A stretch of 64,000 nt of DNA, taken from positions 8,898 to 72,897 of the forward strand of contig JAZROX010000027.1 of the NCBI GenBank assembly GCA_045648945.1. The letters are read 5' to 3'. Both the position numbers and the translations under genes were made by a program. The notes under the pieces were generated by a model, which saw only the letters and a list, made by a program, of their open reading frames with translations, made no database searches and had not been told where the DNA came from. This DNA is from Candidatus Enterousia sp. (GTDB lineage Bacteria > Pseudomonadota > Alphaproteobacteria > Rs-D84). How positions within the stretch are numbered: the first letter of the stretch is position 1; each line of letters starts with the position of its first letter. Of this stretch, positions 44,312 through 54,726 are shown piece after piece.

Positions 44312-44920
44312 ATGAATACGAAAAATATTATTATGGCGATTGTTATCCCGACATTGGCGGCATGCAGTTGGAACCACGCCAGTGCGCCTTCACGATTCTA
44401 TGCCATCACTACGCCCACCGTAAATCAAGTACGCGGTCCGGCAAAATCAACCACTGTATCAATCGCGAATGTGTCGGTACCGCAATCGGTTGACCGACCC
44501 CAGATTGTAATTAAACATGCGAATTCCAACATGGTCAGTGTGTCGGAATTCGACCGGTGGGTCGAAGGGTTGAATACCGCCCTGCCCGTGGCCATATCTG
44601 AAAACATGAATCTGTATGCGCGAAACATAAACGCGATACCGAAACGATTTGCCGCGGAAGGCACGAATAAAAAATATGTTGTATCCGTTGACTTTGTGCG
44701 CTTTGAAACCGAAACAGACGGCAAAATAACAATCGCCGCATGGTGGACGGTCGCGAATACCCGTGGTGAAACATTGGTGCAAAAAAAGACGACGCTGGTG
44801 GCGGACACGCCAGATAGCGCGTATGGCGAACCGGACTATGATGCCATTGTTTCAGAACAGAGCAAATTGATTGCGCGTCTGTCTTATAAAATCGCAGATG
44901 TGATTAGTGAGTTGAAGTAA
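44312..44920 (+). CDS. ABC-transport auxiliary lipoprotein (PqiC/YmbA-like, DUF330-type)
   Basis: Lipobox IPTLAAC. SRFYAIT..SIANVSVPQSVDRPQIV pattern. Last gene of the MCE operon. Confidence 0.65.
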   Translation: MNTKNIIMAIVIPTLAACSWNHASAPSRFYAITTPTVNQVRGPAKSTTVSIANVSVPQSVDRPQIVIKHANSNMVSVSEFDRWVEGLNTALPVAISENMNLYARNINAIPKRFAAEGTNKKYVVSVDFVRFETETDGKITIAAWWTVANTRGETLVQKKTTLVADTPDSAYGEPDYDAIVSEQSKLIARLSYKIADVISELK

Positions 44921-44922
44921 AA

Positions 44923-44948
44923 AACATCCCCCGCATTGGGGGATGTTT
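44923..44948. terminator. Bidirectional terminator
   Basis: AACATCCCCC-GCAT-TGGGGGATGTT. Confidence 0.7.
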
Positions 44949-44965
44949 AATTTATTGCCACAAAT

Positions 44966-46774
44966 TTATCCAACCAGTTTTTTCCAAAGGCTGGTTTTCT
45001 TTTTGCCCTTTTGCTGGGGACGTTTACGCGAACGATGCGGCGCATTCATCGTGGTCTTTTTTGCCTCGACATGTTGCGCATTTTTCTTTTTCGCGTCTGT
45101 GGACGGCGCGTTCGCCATCAACAAATCGTCGGTTTTATTTTGTTCCGGGGCAACGCGTTGAATAGAATATTGGTCAATATTCATCAAACTGTCGTCGCCG
45201 ACGATAACAATTTCCGTTCCGAATTCGTTCTCCATCGCATTTAATTCGACACGTTTATGGTTCAGGATATAAATCGCGATATCGGTCGGCACGGTCATGA
45301 TTATTTTTTGCGCCGCCTTGGCCAGCAATTTTTCTTGCAAATGGCGGAACAATATAATCGACGCCGTTTGAATACTGGGCACCACACCCGCGCCCATACA
45401 GTGCGGACAGGCAACATACGAAGATTCGATAAAACTGCTGCGCAATCTCTGGCGCGACAACATTAAAACACCGAACGCGTTGATTTTTGCAACCTGGGTC
45501 CGGGCGCGGTCATGTTTCATAACTTCACGCATTTTCATTTCCAATTTGCGGTTGTTGCGTTCTTCTTCCATATCGATAAAGTCAATTGCAACAATGCCCG
45601 CCAAATCACGCAGACGCAATTGCAGTGCGATTTCTTCGGCGGCCTCTAAATTAGTATTCAATGCGGTTTGTTCGATGTCTTTTTCCTTAATCGCCCGGGA
45701 CGAATTGACGTCGATTGTCACCATGGCTTCGGTCTGGTTTATAACCAAAGAACCACCGGACGGCAATTGAACGTACGGTCCATGCAAGCCTTCCAATTGT
45801 TTTTCAACGCCGGCCTTGGTCATTAATGGGACCGCGGCATCTTTATACAAAACCAACTGTTTGCGTGGCGCATGGCCATACATTTGTTGGAAATATGTCT
45901 TGGCGGCCTCGAACGCATCTTCGCCTTGGATGGTCAGAACATCGTCTTTGGACGACAGAAAGTCGCGAACCACACGGCGCAGAAGCGAATCTTCGGTATG
46001 AATTGTTACCGGCGCCACCGATTCCAATGTAGTTTTGCGAATTTCATTCCAAAGGTTGACCAAATAATCATAGTCCGCCGAAATGTCCGCCGCGGTGGCG
46101 CCAAACGCCGCCGTACGCAGAACAACCGTCATGCCACGCGGAATCTTTAACGTATGCAAAATTTCACGCAGGCGTGCACGTTCGGCCTTATCCGAAATCT
46201 TTTTAGAAATACCATAACTGTTGCGTTTGCGGGAATTCGGCATCAAAACCGCGAAACGTCCCGCCAACGACAGATACGTCGTCATAGACGCGCCCTTTTG
46301 CCCGCGTTCTTCTTTGACGCCCTGGACCAGCAAGATTTGCTTTGGTTTTATAACGTCTTGGATTTTGAATTCGCGTGCACGTTTGGCAAATTCTTTGTTG
46401 TCTTCGCCGGCACTGTGATCATCATAGTCGGCAACTTCATCAGCCTCGTCATCGGGGTCGTCATCGTCGTCGACAATGTTCGCGTGCGCTAATTCGATAA
46501 GTTTCTTTTTCTGTTCTGGGGTGACCTGGTAATAATCAGGATGGATTTCCGAAAACGGCAAGAACCCATTTTTACCGGTGCCATAATCAATAAACGCGGC
46601 CTGGAGCGATGGTTCAACCCTTATCACCTTGGCCAGATAAATGTTCCCTTTTATCTGGGGCTTGGTGGTTGTTTCAACATCAAAATCCGACACACGATTA
46701 TTCGTGGAGTCTACGACGACAACGCGCGTTTCCTCCGGGTGGACTGCGTCCACATATATCTTTTTTGACATCAA
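44966..46774 (-). CDS. rne: Ribonuclease E/G family endoribonuclease (catalytic N-terminal half, acidic insert, short basic tail)
   Basis: MMSKKIYVDAVHPEETRVVVVD..GNIYLAKVIRVEPSLQAAFIDYG (S1 domain), DDDDDPDDEADE insert, catalytic core, CPHCMGAG zinc link. Confidence 0.9.
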   Translation of the reverse strand: MMSKKIYVDAVHPEETRVVVVDSTNNRVSDFDVETTTKPQIKGNIYLAKVIRVEPSLQAAFIDYGTGKNGFLPFSEIHPDYYQVTPEQKKKLIELAHANIVDDDDDPDDEADEVADYDDHSAGEDNKEFAKRAREFKIQDVIKPKQILLVQGVKEERGQKGASMTTYLSLAGRFAVLMPNSRKRNSYGISKKISDKAERARLREILHTLKIPRGMTVVLRTAAFGATAADISADYDYLVNLWNEIRKTTLESVAPVTIHTEDSLLRRVVRDFLSSKDDVLTIQGEDAFEAAKTYFQQMYGHAPRKQLVLYKDAAVPLMTKAGVEKQLEGLHGPYVQLPSGGSLVINQTEAMVTIDVNSSRAIKEKDIEQTALNTNLEAAEEIALQLRLRDLAGIVAIDFIDMEEERNNRKLEMKMREVMKHDRARTQVAKINAFGVLMLSRQRLRSSFIESSYVACPHCMGAGVVPSIQTASIILFRHLQEKLLAKAAQKIIMTVPTDIAIYILNHKRVELNAMENEFGTEIVIVGDDSLMNIDQYSIQRVAPEQNKTDDLLMANAPSTDAKKKNAQHVEAKKTTMNAPHRSRKRPQQKGKKKTSLWKKLVG

Positions 46775-46977
46775 ATAATCCTTTTGTGTTAATTACGTAC
46801 CTATGGGAAATAACCCGTCCCCATGGGGCGTCCAAGCCCATGCCAAGGGATAGCATCGCGATACCCAAAAATGCCAATCGAATTAAAGAAACAAGTGATA
46901 AAATAAACACCACTGTTACCCCATTGTTATACGTTGGTGAAAATTCTAACAGAACAAACTTTAATTCGCAAGGTATT

Positions 46978-47997
46978 TTATTCGTCGCCGCTTTTATTCT
47001 TGGAAATGTGCGGAAAATGGGGCATGTGCTCTTTCGCCTCGTCCAACCAACGACGCATGCGCGCGCGCAACCATCGTTCATATATAAAGAACAATCCGCC
47101 GACGCCAATCAAAGGCAACACATAATAAATTATACGATACGCCAATAATGCGCCGAAAACGCCGGCCTTGTCCGCGTCATCGGGCAACGCCAGCAAGAAA
47201 ACACTTTCAAAAACGCCTATACCACCGGGAACCTGGCTGAACACACCCGTTGTCTGCGCCACAACGAACAGTCCGATAAATGTTCCAAACGGAATATGAA
47301 CAAACGGCGTCAAACAAAAATAAAGCACCAGACCGGCCAAAACACTGTCCGCCATGCCCAGCAAAGTTTGTAAAAACGCCATTTGCGTGGACGGAACGTC
47401 AAACTTTAATTGGCCGATTTTCACACTTTTGTTACGAAAGACGATGGTTATCGCGAAATATGCCAACAATGCCGCCAAACAGAATATGAACAGCGTGTTT
47501 AACCCAACACTGGCGCCAACCGATTCGGCAAAAATGTCGTGTGGTATAAGGAAATAGCCCACAACCGCGATTGCCGTCGCGCCCAAAAAGTAAGTAAATC
47601 CGTTGATTGTGACGATTTTTACAATGTCGCCACCACGAATACGCCACCGGGTATAAAGGCGGTAACGAATCGCACCGCCCGACACCACCGCGTGACCGGC
47701 ATTGTTACTTATTGCGAAGCCCAACATGCCCGCCAACATCCATTTCCACCAAGAAACTTTGTCGCCGGCACCGACATATTTCAATGCCAAGAAATCATAC
47801 AACGCCAACGCAACATAGCCCGCCAAACACGCGACAGATGCCAAAACCAGGTTTATAAACGGAATATCCAACAACGCGCGCGCGATATCGGACAAAGAAT
47901 AATGGCGCAATTGCCACCACAGCATTCCGGCCGCCAAACAAAAGAAAACTATCCCGGAATAACCCAATAATTTCTTAAAAGCCTTTTTAGATGACAT
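46978..47997 (-). CDS. Polytopic membrane protein, lysylphosphatidylglycerol-synthase TM-region-like (UPF0104/flippase-like)
   Basis: ATG at 47997 after GAAGG. ~8 hydrophobic segments. The family call is by overall pattern only. Confidence 0.55.
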   Translation of the reverse strand: MSSKKAFKKLLGYSGIVFFCLAAGMLWWQLRHYSLSDIARALLDIPFINLVLASVACLAGYVALALYDFLALKYVGAGDKVSWWKWMLAGMLGFAISNNAGHAVVSGGAIRYRLYTRWRIRGGDIVKIVTINGFTYFLGATAIAVVGYFLIPHDIFAESVGASVGLNTLFIFCLAALLAYFAITIVFRNKSVKIGQLKFDVPSTQMAFLQTLLGMADSVLAGLVLYFCLTPFVHIPFGTFIGLFVVAQTTGVFSQVPGGIGVFESVFLLALPDDADKAGVFGALLAYRIIYYVLPLIGVGGLFFIYERWLRARMRRWLDEAKEHMPHFPHISKNKSGDE

Positions 47998-48049
47998 AAA
48001 AACCTTCTTGCAATTGCAAATGATAACACCAAGGATAAAAAAATGCAAG

Positions 48050-48077
48050 TAGTGGATAGTGGCTAGTGGTTAGTGGT
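48050..48077 (+). repeat. TAGTGGN heptamer array (4 units)
   Basis: TAGTGGA TAGTGGC TAGTGGT TAGTGGT, 52 nt upstream of the membrane-protein start codon. Confidence 0.8.
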
Positions 48078-48079
48078 TA

Positions 48080-48109
48080 TCCGTCTCCGCTTCGCTGCGC
48101 CGAGACTGC
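48080..48109 (+). repeat. TCCGTCT..GAGAC hairpin module
   Basis: TCCGTCTCCGCTTCGCTGCGCCGAGACTGC, nearly the same as 3643-3672. Confidence 0.7.
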
Positions 48110-48135
48110 ACCCGGCCACCCGGCCGGGTTTGGTG

Positions 48136-49089
48136 TTAGTTGCCGGATGGCATATATATCATCGGGCCGGCGATAAAATTACCGGTGCCGGAATTGGTTA
48201 GAAAAGTGTTCGTCATAGTATCATACATTCCCAACACGCCGTCTATGTCCCGGCGCGCAGGGATGAAATTACGAACAATGTCACGACCGTCCGTAATTTT
48301 AAGATAATAAATTCGGCCATTGAAAAAATACCATGCGGGACCAGAAGCCGATGCAGCAAACATATATATTGTATAAGGATATTCAGCCAATGTGTGTGTT
48401 ATATCCAATTTCGCAACACCATTAATATACCTTTTGCGGTCATTCATGAAATTTAATTGAACATCATAATCTGTATTATTAACTGTCTCCTCAAAGACGG
48501 CGGCGTTCCAGCCTTCGCCAAACGGCATCAAAATATGATTTGCCGGATTAACATATATATTACCATTTTCTGCTGATGTTACGACGCCAACAACAACCTG
48601 GTCGCTGGAGCTATACCTGTTGAATTTTATGGAAATGCCGGTGCTATTGGTTGGGACTATTCCTGTATCAATATATTGTCCACCGTCGCTTTCCAGGTAT
48701 TTCAGTGCGGTATAACCGCTTGGCAACGCGCCACGTATTTGAACCAACATACAATCACTGGTACGATCGTTTGGATTCGCCCAAGATATACATTCGAATT
48801 CTGTGTCGATGGCGGCCTGCACGGCGGCGTTCATGGTTGCCGCATCAACCAAGGATTCCATCTGGGCCGAGTATGCGGCGGATGAATCGTAAATATCTTT
48901 TGTTCCGACGGTGCCCGCGGTGCCTGTATTTGTTAAAACCTGAGGCACACCGGAATTCGCGGGGATTTTATCCTGTTTTTGTGCAACGGCGGTGTCAACA
49001 AATGCCTTGGACGTCGCGACATTTTCGCCCGCCGCAAATGCCGAACCCACGCAAAGCGTACAGATTATCGAGATTAAAAATTTTTTCAT
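48136..49089 (-). CDS. Secreted protein, paralog family P, member 2
   Basis: 317 aa. MKKFLISIICTLCVGSAFAAGENVATSKAFVDTAVAQKQDKIPANSG.. and ..FIPARRDIDGVLGMYDTMTNTFLTNSGTGNFIAGP are shared with 2330-3322. The central region is divergent. Confidence 0.8.
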   Translation of the reverse strand: MKKFLISIICTLCVGSAFAAGENVATSKAFVDTAVAQKQDKIPANSGVPQVLTNTGTAGTVGTKDIYDSSAAYSAQMESLVDAATMNAAVQAAIDTEFECISWANPNDRTSDCMLVQIRGALPSGYTALKYLESDGGQYIDTGIVPTNSTGISIKFNRYSSSDQVVVGVVTSAENGNIYVNPANHILMPFGEGWNAAVFEETVNNTDYDVQLNFMNDRKRYINGVAKLDITHTLAEYPYTIYMFAASASGPAWYFFNGRIYYLKITDGRDIVRNFIPARRDIDGVLGMYDTMTNTFLTNSGTGNFIAGPMIYMPSGN

Positions 49090-49102
49090 GCTTGCTCTCC
49101 TT

Positions 49103-49153
49103 GGTCTACCCCGTCACACTTCGTGTGCCACCCCTTCACAATGTGAAGGGGAC
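49103..49153 (-). repeat. Composite hairpin element, copy E4 (leader of 48136-49089)
   Basis: The minus strand reads GTCCCCTTCACATTGTGAAGGGG, then TGGCACACGAAGTGTGAC, then GGGGTAGACC, followed by AAGGAGAGCAAGC-ATG. Confidence 0.75.
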
Positions 49154-49370
49154 TTTTGGGATTTAAAAACCGTCAATGGAATTGACGGTCGGGGTGTTAG
49201 CAAATCATGTACATCAACGATTCCGATAACATTTATATATACGTCATCGGCACCCCGACACGCGGGGTAATATTGCGGTGCAAATACGTGAAAATCTTTA
49301 TCAGATTACGATGCATTGCACCGGATGTACATTGGCCTGCTAAAGCCCCGAAACGGAATCCCATCCGATT
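49154..49370 (-). promoter_or_regulatory. Conserved structured leader, copy B (paralogous to 25679-25900)
   Basis: Shares the same sequence blocks as copy A. The minus strand ends with CCGTCAATTCCATTGACGG plus TTTTT, just before the composite element. Confidence 0.55.
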
Positions 49371-49476
49371 CATAGGATATCTTATTATAAATTTCGGATG
49401 CGACGCAATAAAAAAATTGCAATCGGGACATATTTATATATACTGGTGGTCCAATGATATTAAAAAAGGTGTGTTC

Positions 49477-50190
49477 ATGCGTCCGTCTTTACGAAAATTA
49501 AATCAAATGCGGCCCGTTTCTATGGAAACCGGCGTCAATAAATGGGCCGAGGGGTCTTGTTTAATCAAAATGGGCGGGACCCAGGTTTTGTGTACCGCAA
49601 GTGTCGATTTAAATCAACCAACATGGAAACGCATGCAGAATAAAACCGGTGGATGGGTGACGGCGGAATATGCTATGTTGCCACGCGCAAACGGCACACG
49701 CAAAACACGCGACGCAATTATGAAAGACCATCGCAGCGCCGAAATATCACGCATGATTGGACGCGCGTTGCGCAGTGTCGTTGATATGGAAATTTTGGGC
49801 AAACATACAATCACAATTGACTGTGACGTGATTCAGGCGGATGGCGGAACGCGTTGCGCATCCATTACCGGTGGATTTGTCGCACTTAGTTTGGCCGTCC
49901 GTTGGTTAATTGACGCCGGACGCATACGCGAAAATCCAATCCGGGAACACGTTGCCGCGGTTTCCGCCGGGCTCTGGAACGGCGAATTGATATTGGATTT
50001 AGACTATGAAGAAGACAGCGTCGCCGAAATGGACGCGAATTTTGTCGTTTCTGAATCCGGTCGGTTTATCGAGGTTCAATCCACCGGCGAACAACATCCG
50101 TTTGAAAAATCGCAATTAAACGAATTGATGGATATGGCGGCCGCGGGCGCACAAAAACTGATTGAATTGCAAAAACAGGTATTGGCGTAA
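49477..50190 (+). CDS. rph: Ribonuclease PH
   Basis: ATG at 49477 after AAGGTG. MRPSLRKLNQMRPVSMETGVNKWAEGSCLIKMGGTQVLCTASV.. is the typical RNase PH N-terminus. The ORF-track upstream extension covers the repeat leader and is rejected. Confidence 0.9.
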   Translation: MRPSLRKLNQMRPVSMETGVNKWAEGSCLIKMGGTQVLCTASVDLNQPTWKRMQNKTGGWVTAEYAMLPRANGTRKTRDAIMKDHRSAEISRMIGRALRSVVDMEILGKHTITIDCDVIQADGGTRCASITGGFVALSLAVRWLIDAGRIRENPIREHVAAVSAGLWNGELILDLDYEEDSVAEMDANFVVSESGRFIEVQSTGEQHPFEKSQLNELMDMAAAGAQKLIELQKQVLA

Positions 50191-50200
50191 CGAACCGCCC

Positions 50201-51502
50201 TTAGTCCCCGGCGTTCAATATATCATTTGATTTTATGTATTCCGGTGACCCGGGTTTAAGTTTGCCACGCGCGCGACGCGCGTATTCACGTGATTTTTCG
50301 GTATTGTTCTGCATCCTATAAAATTCCGCCATGGCCCAATCGGCGCGACCATCATCCGCATCAAACGTCCGCCCCAGCACCCAATATGCCATTGGCGACG
50401 CATCAACCAAAATAACGTGCCGACACAGTTCCGCGGCGCGCGACGCGTCCCCCGCCCCGCCCCGTTCCACCAAGACCAAGGCCAATGCCGTTTCAATCTG
50501 GGGCGAATTTGGGCGCAAATTTAATGCGCGTTCATATGCGGCGACCGCGTCGTCATAGTGGCCGGACCGATATTCTAAATCGCCCAATAATTCATAGAAA
50601 TACGGATTTTTCGCATCACGCGAAACCAATGTTCGCGTTCCAACCGCCGCACCCGAAAGGTTGCCCCATCGCATATTAGCAATCGCACGGGCGTAAATTG
50701 CCGCGTCTGATTTGTCTTCATTTGGATACAGGGTTTTTATGCGCGTCGCGTCGTCCATGTAACCAACCAACTTTGCCCGGACCATGTCGTATTTCCGGGC
50801 CAATGCGGTGGAATCCGTTTTGAACTTTTTTGATTTAATATTTTTATTCGCCAATTTGTCACGCACGTTTTTCAATCGTTCCGATGTCAGTGGGTGATTT
50901 ATCGCGTTTGGATTTACCCGCGATTCTGTATAAGACGTCATGTCATTTATTTGGTCAAATACATCAATAAAACCATTTGGATTGTAACCCGCGCGCACCA
51001 TTAAATCAAAACCCATGTCGTCCGCGACACGTTCTTCGTCACGCGAAAACGACAACATAGATTGCTTTGCAATGCCCGACGCACCCGCAATAACACCCGC
51101 ACCCAACGACGGATTTCCACCCGCCAGCATAAGCCCCATGCCCAAAGCCTGGATTATCATGGTGCGACGCATTTCGGTTTCCATACGTGCGGACATTTGC
51201 GCCATGTGCCCGCCAATTGTATGCCCAAGTTCGTGCGCGATTACCGCACGCAGCGCATTTGGCGTGCGAATGCGTGTAAGCAGCCCCGTGTAAATATAAA
51301 TATCTTCGCCGCCCATAACAAAAGCGTTAAAGTCGTCCGTTCCCACAATGCGAACCCGTGCATTCGGCACGCCCGCCGCGGTTGTCACCGGTTTTATAAT
51401 CTCTGAGATAACAGATTCGATTTCGGTATCTTGGATAATCGATGCGGCGCACGCGGGCAACGCAATCAAAACGCAAAAAATCATTATAAGTATTTTCTTC
51501 AT
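50201..51502 (-). CDS. M48-family zinc metalloprotease with TPR repeats (BepA/YfgC-like)
   Basis: Signal peptide, HELGHTIGGH (HExxH), C-terminal TPR-like helices. Confidence 0.8.
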   Translation of the reverse strand: MKKILIMIFCVLIALPACAASIIQDTEIESVISEIIKPVTTAAGVPNARVRIVGTDDFNAFVMGGEDIYIYTGLLTRIRTPNALRAVIAHELGHTIGGHMAQMSARMETEMRRTMIIQALGMGLMLAGGNPSLGAGVIAGASGIAKQSMLSFSRDEERVADDMGFDLMVRAGYNPNGFIDVFDQINDMTSYTESRVNPNAINHPLTSERLKNVRDKLANKNIKSKKFKTDSTALARKYDMVRAKLVGYMDDATRIKTLYPNEDKSDAAIYARAIANMRWGNLSGAAVGTRTLVSRDAKNPYFYELLGDLEYRSGHYDDAVAAYERALNLRPNSPQIETALALVLVERGGAGDASRAAELCRHVILVDASPMAYWVLGRTFDADDGRADWAMAEFYRMQNNTEKSREYARRARGKLKPGSPEYIKSNDILNAGD

Positions 51503-51508
51503 AAACCC

Positions 51509-53560
51509 TTAGGCCCCCAATGTTGCCGTGCGATCAAACACAAACATCAAATCACGCACCCATGGTTCAATCGTCACCATATCTGTTGCCGCACGCGTTG
51601 CCAATTTGAATAAATCCCGATGCGCACGATAATCAACAAAGTGATAATCAATCCAACCGCTTTGCCGCGTTCCCAACAATTCGCCAACACCGCGCATCAT
51701 TAAATCTTGTTCTGCGATAACAAAGCCGTCGTCCGTATCGCACAGCACATCCAATCGTTTAAGGCCATCCGGCGATACCGCACCACCATACAGCAATATA
51801 CAGAAAGACTGGGCCGAACCGCGTCCAACACGCCCGCGCAGTTGGTGCAACGCCGCAAGGCCAAACCGGTCCGCGTTTTCAATTACCATTATCGTTGCAT
51901 CGGGGACATCGATTCCAACCTCGATAACCGTGGTTGCGACCAGTATTTTCATATCACCCCCGGGGCGTGCAAATTCCGCCATAATTTTATCACGTTCTTC
52001 GCGTGACATTTGCCCATGCACCAGGCCGACACATGTGAAATGTTCACAAAGTTTTTTGTATCTTTCATCGGCGGCGGTCGCATCCGTACCGTCTGATTCC
52101 GCAACCAATGGACAGACCCAGAAAACCTTGGCACCAGATACAACCTGGGGACGCAGGCGGTCAATCAACGCATCGATGCGCGCAAGGGGCAATTTCGTCG
52201 TCTTGATTGGAATGCGGCCGGCGGGCTTTTCATTTATAATCGAAACATCCATATCGCCGTAAATCGTCATAGAAAGCGTGCGCGGAATTGGCGTCGCAGA
52301 AAGCGCAAGAACGTCCGGATTGCTTCCCTTATCACGCAGGGCCTCACGCTGGGTCACGCCGAAACGATGTTGTTCATCCACAATGACCAGACCCAAATCT
52401 TTATAAATGACATCCGTGGAAAATAGTGCATGTGTTCCAACAACCAAACGCGTCCGCCCCGAACGCAACGATGTTAACTTTTCACGACGCGACACACCTT
52501 TGTCGCGACCGGTCAAAATGTCACAAACCAGACCCAATTTGTCGCAAATCGGTTTTAATTTCGCATAATGTTGCGCGGCCAATGTATCCGTCGGGGCCAA
52601 CAATGCCGTTTGCCCGCCGGATTCCGCCATCAACACCATTGCCGCCGCCGCAACCATTGTTTTGCCGCATCCAACATCACCCTGGACCAGGCGCATCATC
52701 GGGAATTCGCGCGACATATCTTGTTCTATATCCGCAATTGCAGATTTTTGCGCGGCCGTTAAATCGAACGGCAAAGACGCATAAAACTTTTCCACCAAGT
52801 TATATTTTTTTGTGCGCGCGGCGCGGCGATGGCGCGCGTCTGTGCGTGTGCGGCGACTTATTGCTATGGCCGTCTGATGCGCCAACAATTCAAAATATGC
52901 GAGCTTTATTATGTCGTCCGACAACGGCAACAAATCTTCATTTTTTTCCGCAAAGTGCGCACGGCGCAGCGCATCGAAAAATTCCATAATCTGCGGGTCC
53001 GCGCCCGCCAATTTGTCGGGCAAGGCGGCAAAAACCTGGTCCCGAATATTCATAAATGTTTTTTGGGTGATGCCTTCGCCGGAACGGTAAATCGCCTGGA
53101 CCCGGGGGATTTTGCTTGCGTTGTCGGGTTCTTCGATAAAGTCCGGATGATTTATCGTTGGCGTGGCGCCCGATTCCAATTTGCCGCTGATAATCCGCCA
53201 TTCGCCAATTGGTAATTTTTTTAACCAGTAATCCAAATAATTCACATTAAAGAACTGAATCACCAATGTTTGCCCCGCCCGATCGACACATGTTATGCGT
53301 GTGGGACTGCGCCGGCGACCAAAAGAACGGCCCTGTTTCTGGGATTTAATTTGAACCATAACCGTGACAACTTCACCGGGTGTTGCGGTGGCTATGGAAT
53401 CAATCATACCACGGTCTTTGACATAGACGGGAATATGCAGCATAAAATCCAAAATTCGCCGCCCACCCAACAAGTCGGCAAAGCGCGCCGCCAAAACCGG
53501 CCCCACCCCGCGGATGAATTGCAGGTCCATGTTCAGAAAATCGAATAGTTCTTTCTTCAT
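51509..53560 (-). CDS. recG: ATP-dependent DNA helicase RecG
   Basis: 683 aa. Wedge/OB N-domain, Walker A GDVGCGKT, DEQHRFG, SATPIPRT, QLRGRVGRG. Confidence 0.95.
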   Translation of the reverse strand: MKKELFDFLNMDLQFIRGVGPVLAARFADLLGGRRILDFMLHIPVYVKDRGMIDSIATATPGEVVTVMVQIKSQKQGRSFGRRRSPTRITCVDRAGQTLVIQFFNVNYLDYWLKKLPIGEWRIISGKLESGATPTINHPDFIEEPDNASKIPRVQAIYRSGEGITQKTFMNIRDQVFAALPDKLAGADPQIMEFFDALRRAHFAEKNEDLLPLSDDIIKLAYFELLAHQTAIAISRRTRTDARHRRAARTKKYNLVEKFYASLPFDLTAAQKSAIADIEQDMSREFPMMRLVQGDVGCGKTMVAAAAMVLMAESGGQTALLAPTDTLAAQHYAKLKPICDKLGLVCDILTGRDKGVSRREKLTSLRSGRTRLVVGTHALFSTDVIYKDLGLVIVDEQHRFGVTQREALRDKGSNPDVLALSATPIPRTLSMTIYGDMDVSIINEKPAGRIPIKTTKLPLARIDALIDRLRPQVVSGAKVFWVCPLVAESDGTDATAADERYKKLCEHFTCVGLVHGQMSREERDKIMAEFARPGGDMKILVATTVIEVGIDVPDATIMVIENADRFGLAALHQLRGRVGRGSAQSFCILLYGGAVSPDGLKRLDVLCDTDDGFVIAEQDLMMRGVGELLGTRQSGWIDYHFVDYRAHRDLFKLATRAATDMVTIEPWVRDLMFVFDRTATLGA

Positions 53561-53600
53561 TATATATAAAAAATACTAAAAATTTGCCGCATAAGGCAAG

Positions 53601-53629
53601 GGAAAAAGAAACCGCCCCGTTCGGGGCGA
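53601..53629 (-). terminator. Rho-independent terminator after 53633-54175
   Basis: The minus strand reads CGCCCCG-AAC-GGGGCG followed by GTTTCTTTTTCC. Confidence 0.55.
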
Positions 53630-53632
53630 TTG

Positions 53633-54175
53633 TTATTTACCACCAGATTTTATATGCCGGGTTTCTAATAACCGAGCTTTGATTTTATTCAAATCTGCGA
53701 TTATTTCTTCGGCGTCTTGTGCCGCCATCGCATTACGCGCATATGATTGCAATTCTAATACATTTTGTTGCATTATCTTGCTGATTGGGTTTGTAAATGA
53801 TTTACCACGCGATTTGTGTTTGACATCTTGGTATAATTGCATTAATGGTTCATGATAGTCTGGAACATTATCCGTCACGTGATAATATCGCAGTGATGCA
53901 AAATCAACCCTTTCCTTGTCCGTATAGAAACGCAACTCTTGCACAGGTTTATGTCCCCAAAACCTGTAAGATATATCCGACACATAGTGTACAATCTTGC
54001 AGTTGCCAAATGTATATATCGTTGTAAAGCGATTATTTTGCATAAAATTGTTTAATTCCCATTTTCCTTGTTTGTCTATTGGGGACTTCGATGGTTGCCC
54101 GTCGGGATATGATATCACAACAGGATTTTTTTCCAACGAAGCGTACATTATTATCAATTCGTCTTTGTATATCAT
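53633..54175 (-). CDS. Small orphan protein, family B, member 1
   Basis: 180 aa. MYASLEKNPVVISYPDGQ..TTIYTFGN..SFTNP is shared with 54199-54705. Confidence 0.6.
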   Translation of the reverse strand: MIYKDELIIMYASLEKNPVVISYPDGQPSKSPIDKQGKWELNNFMQNNRFTTIYTFGNCKIVHYVSDISYRFWGHKPVQELRFYTDKERVDFASLRYYHVTDNVPDYHEPLMQLYQDVKHKSRGKSFTNPISKIMQQNVLELQSYARNAMAAQDAEEIIADLNKIKARLLETRHIKSGGK

Positions 54176-54198
54176 ATGTTCGTCCTTTTTACCGATTG

Positions 54199-54705
54199 CT
54201 ATTTCGTAATTGCATTTTGACCTTTTAATATCAATGTGCGTATATTGTCCAACTGTTTTAACAGGTTGTCTTTATCCTGCCCGCCAAGTAATTCTTTGGG
54301 TGCTTCAAGCATATATTTTTGCAAAAAATATACCGCATCATTGGCGCGTTCTACATACGGATTCGTAAATGGTTTACTGCTGGCCTTGGCTTTAATCGCT
54401 TGATATAATTCGATATAATCCTTTTTAAATTCACGTGTAAATTTGCCAATTTGAACCGGTATGTATAATGTGGTTCCTGGTTTTGTGAACACTAATTCTT
54501 CGTCATATCCATTAAAATGCTCCGTCTTGCGTGATACATCGTGGTGCACAAGTCTGTATGGTCCAAATGTGTAAATGGTTATAAAATTGTTATCATATGT
54601 ATAGGACAGAATATTTTTATCGTTTGCAGCAATCTGGCCATCGGGATAAGACACCGTGACAGGATTGGATTCCAACGCGGCGTACATTTTTATAATTTCT
54701 TGCAT
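54199..54705 (-). CDS. Small orphan protein, family B, member 2
   Basis: ATG at 54705 after AAAGGA gives MQEIIKMYAALESNPVTVSYPDGQ.., aligned with the paralog's N-terminus. The longer ORF-track version runs through the duplicated tRNA-His end. Confidence 0.6.
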   Translation of the reverse strand: MQEIIKMYAALESNPVTVSYPDGQIAANDKNILSYTYDNNFITIYTFGPYRLVHHDVSRKTEHFNGYDEELVFTKPGTTLYIPVQIGKFTREFKKDYIELYQAIKAKASSKPFTNPYVERANDAVYFLQKYMLEAPKELLGGQDKDNLLKQLDNIRTLILKGQNAITK

Positions 54706-54726
54706 AGATTTATCCTTTTGTGAATA

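Noticed and set aside
49207-49476. 90-aa N-terminal extension of the rph ORF.
   Set aside because: The extension covers the conserved non-coding leader repeat. The canonical RNase PH N-terminus begins at 49477 with a good SD.
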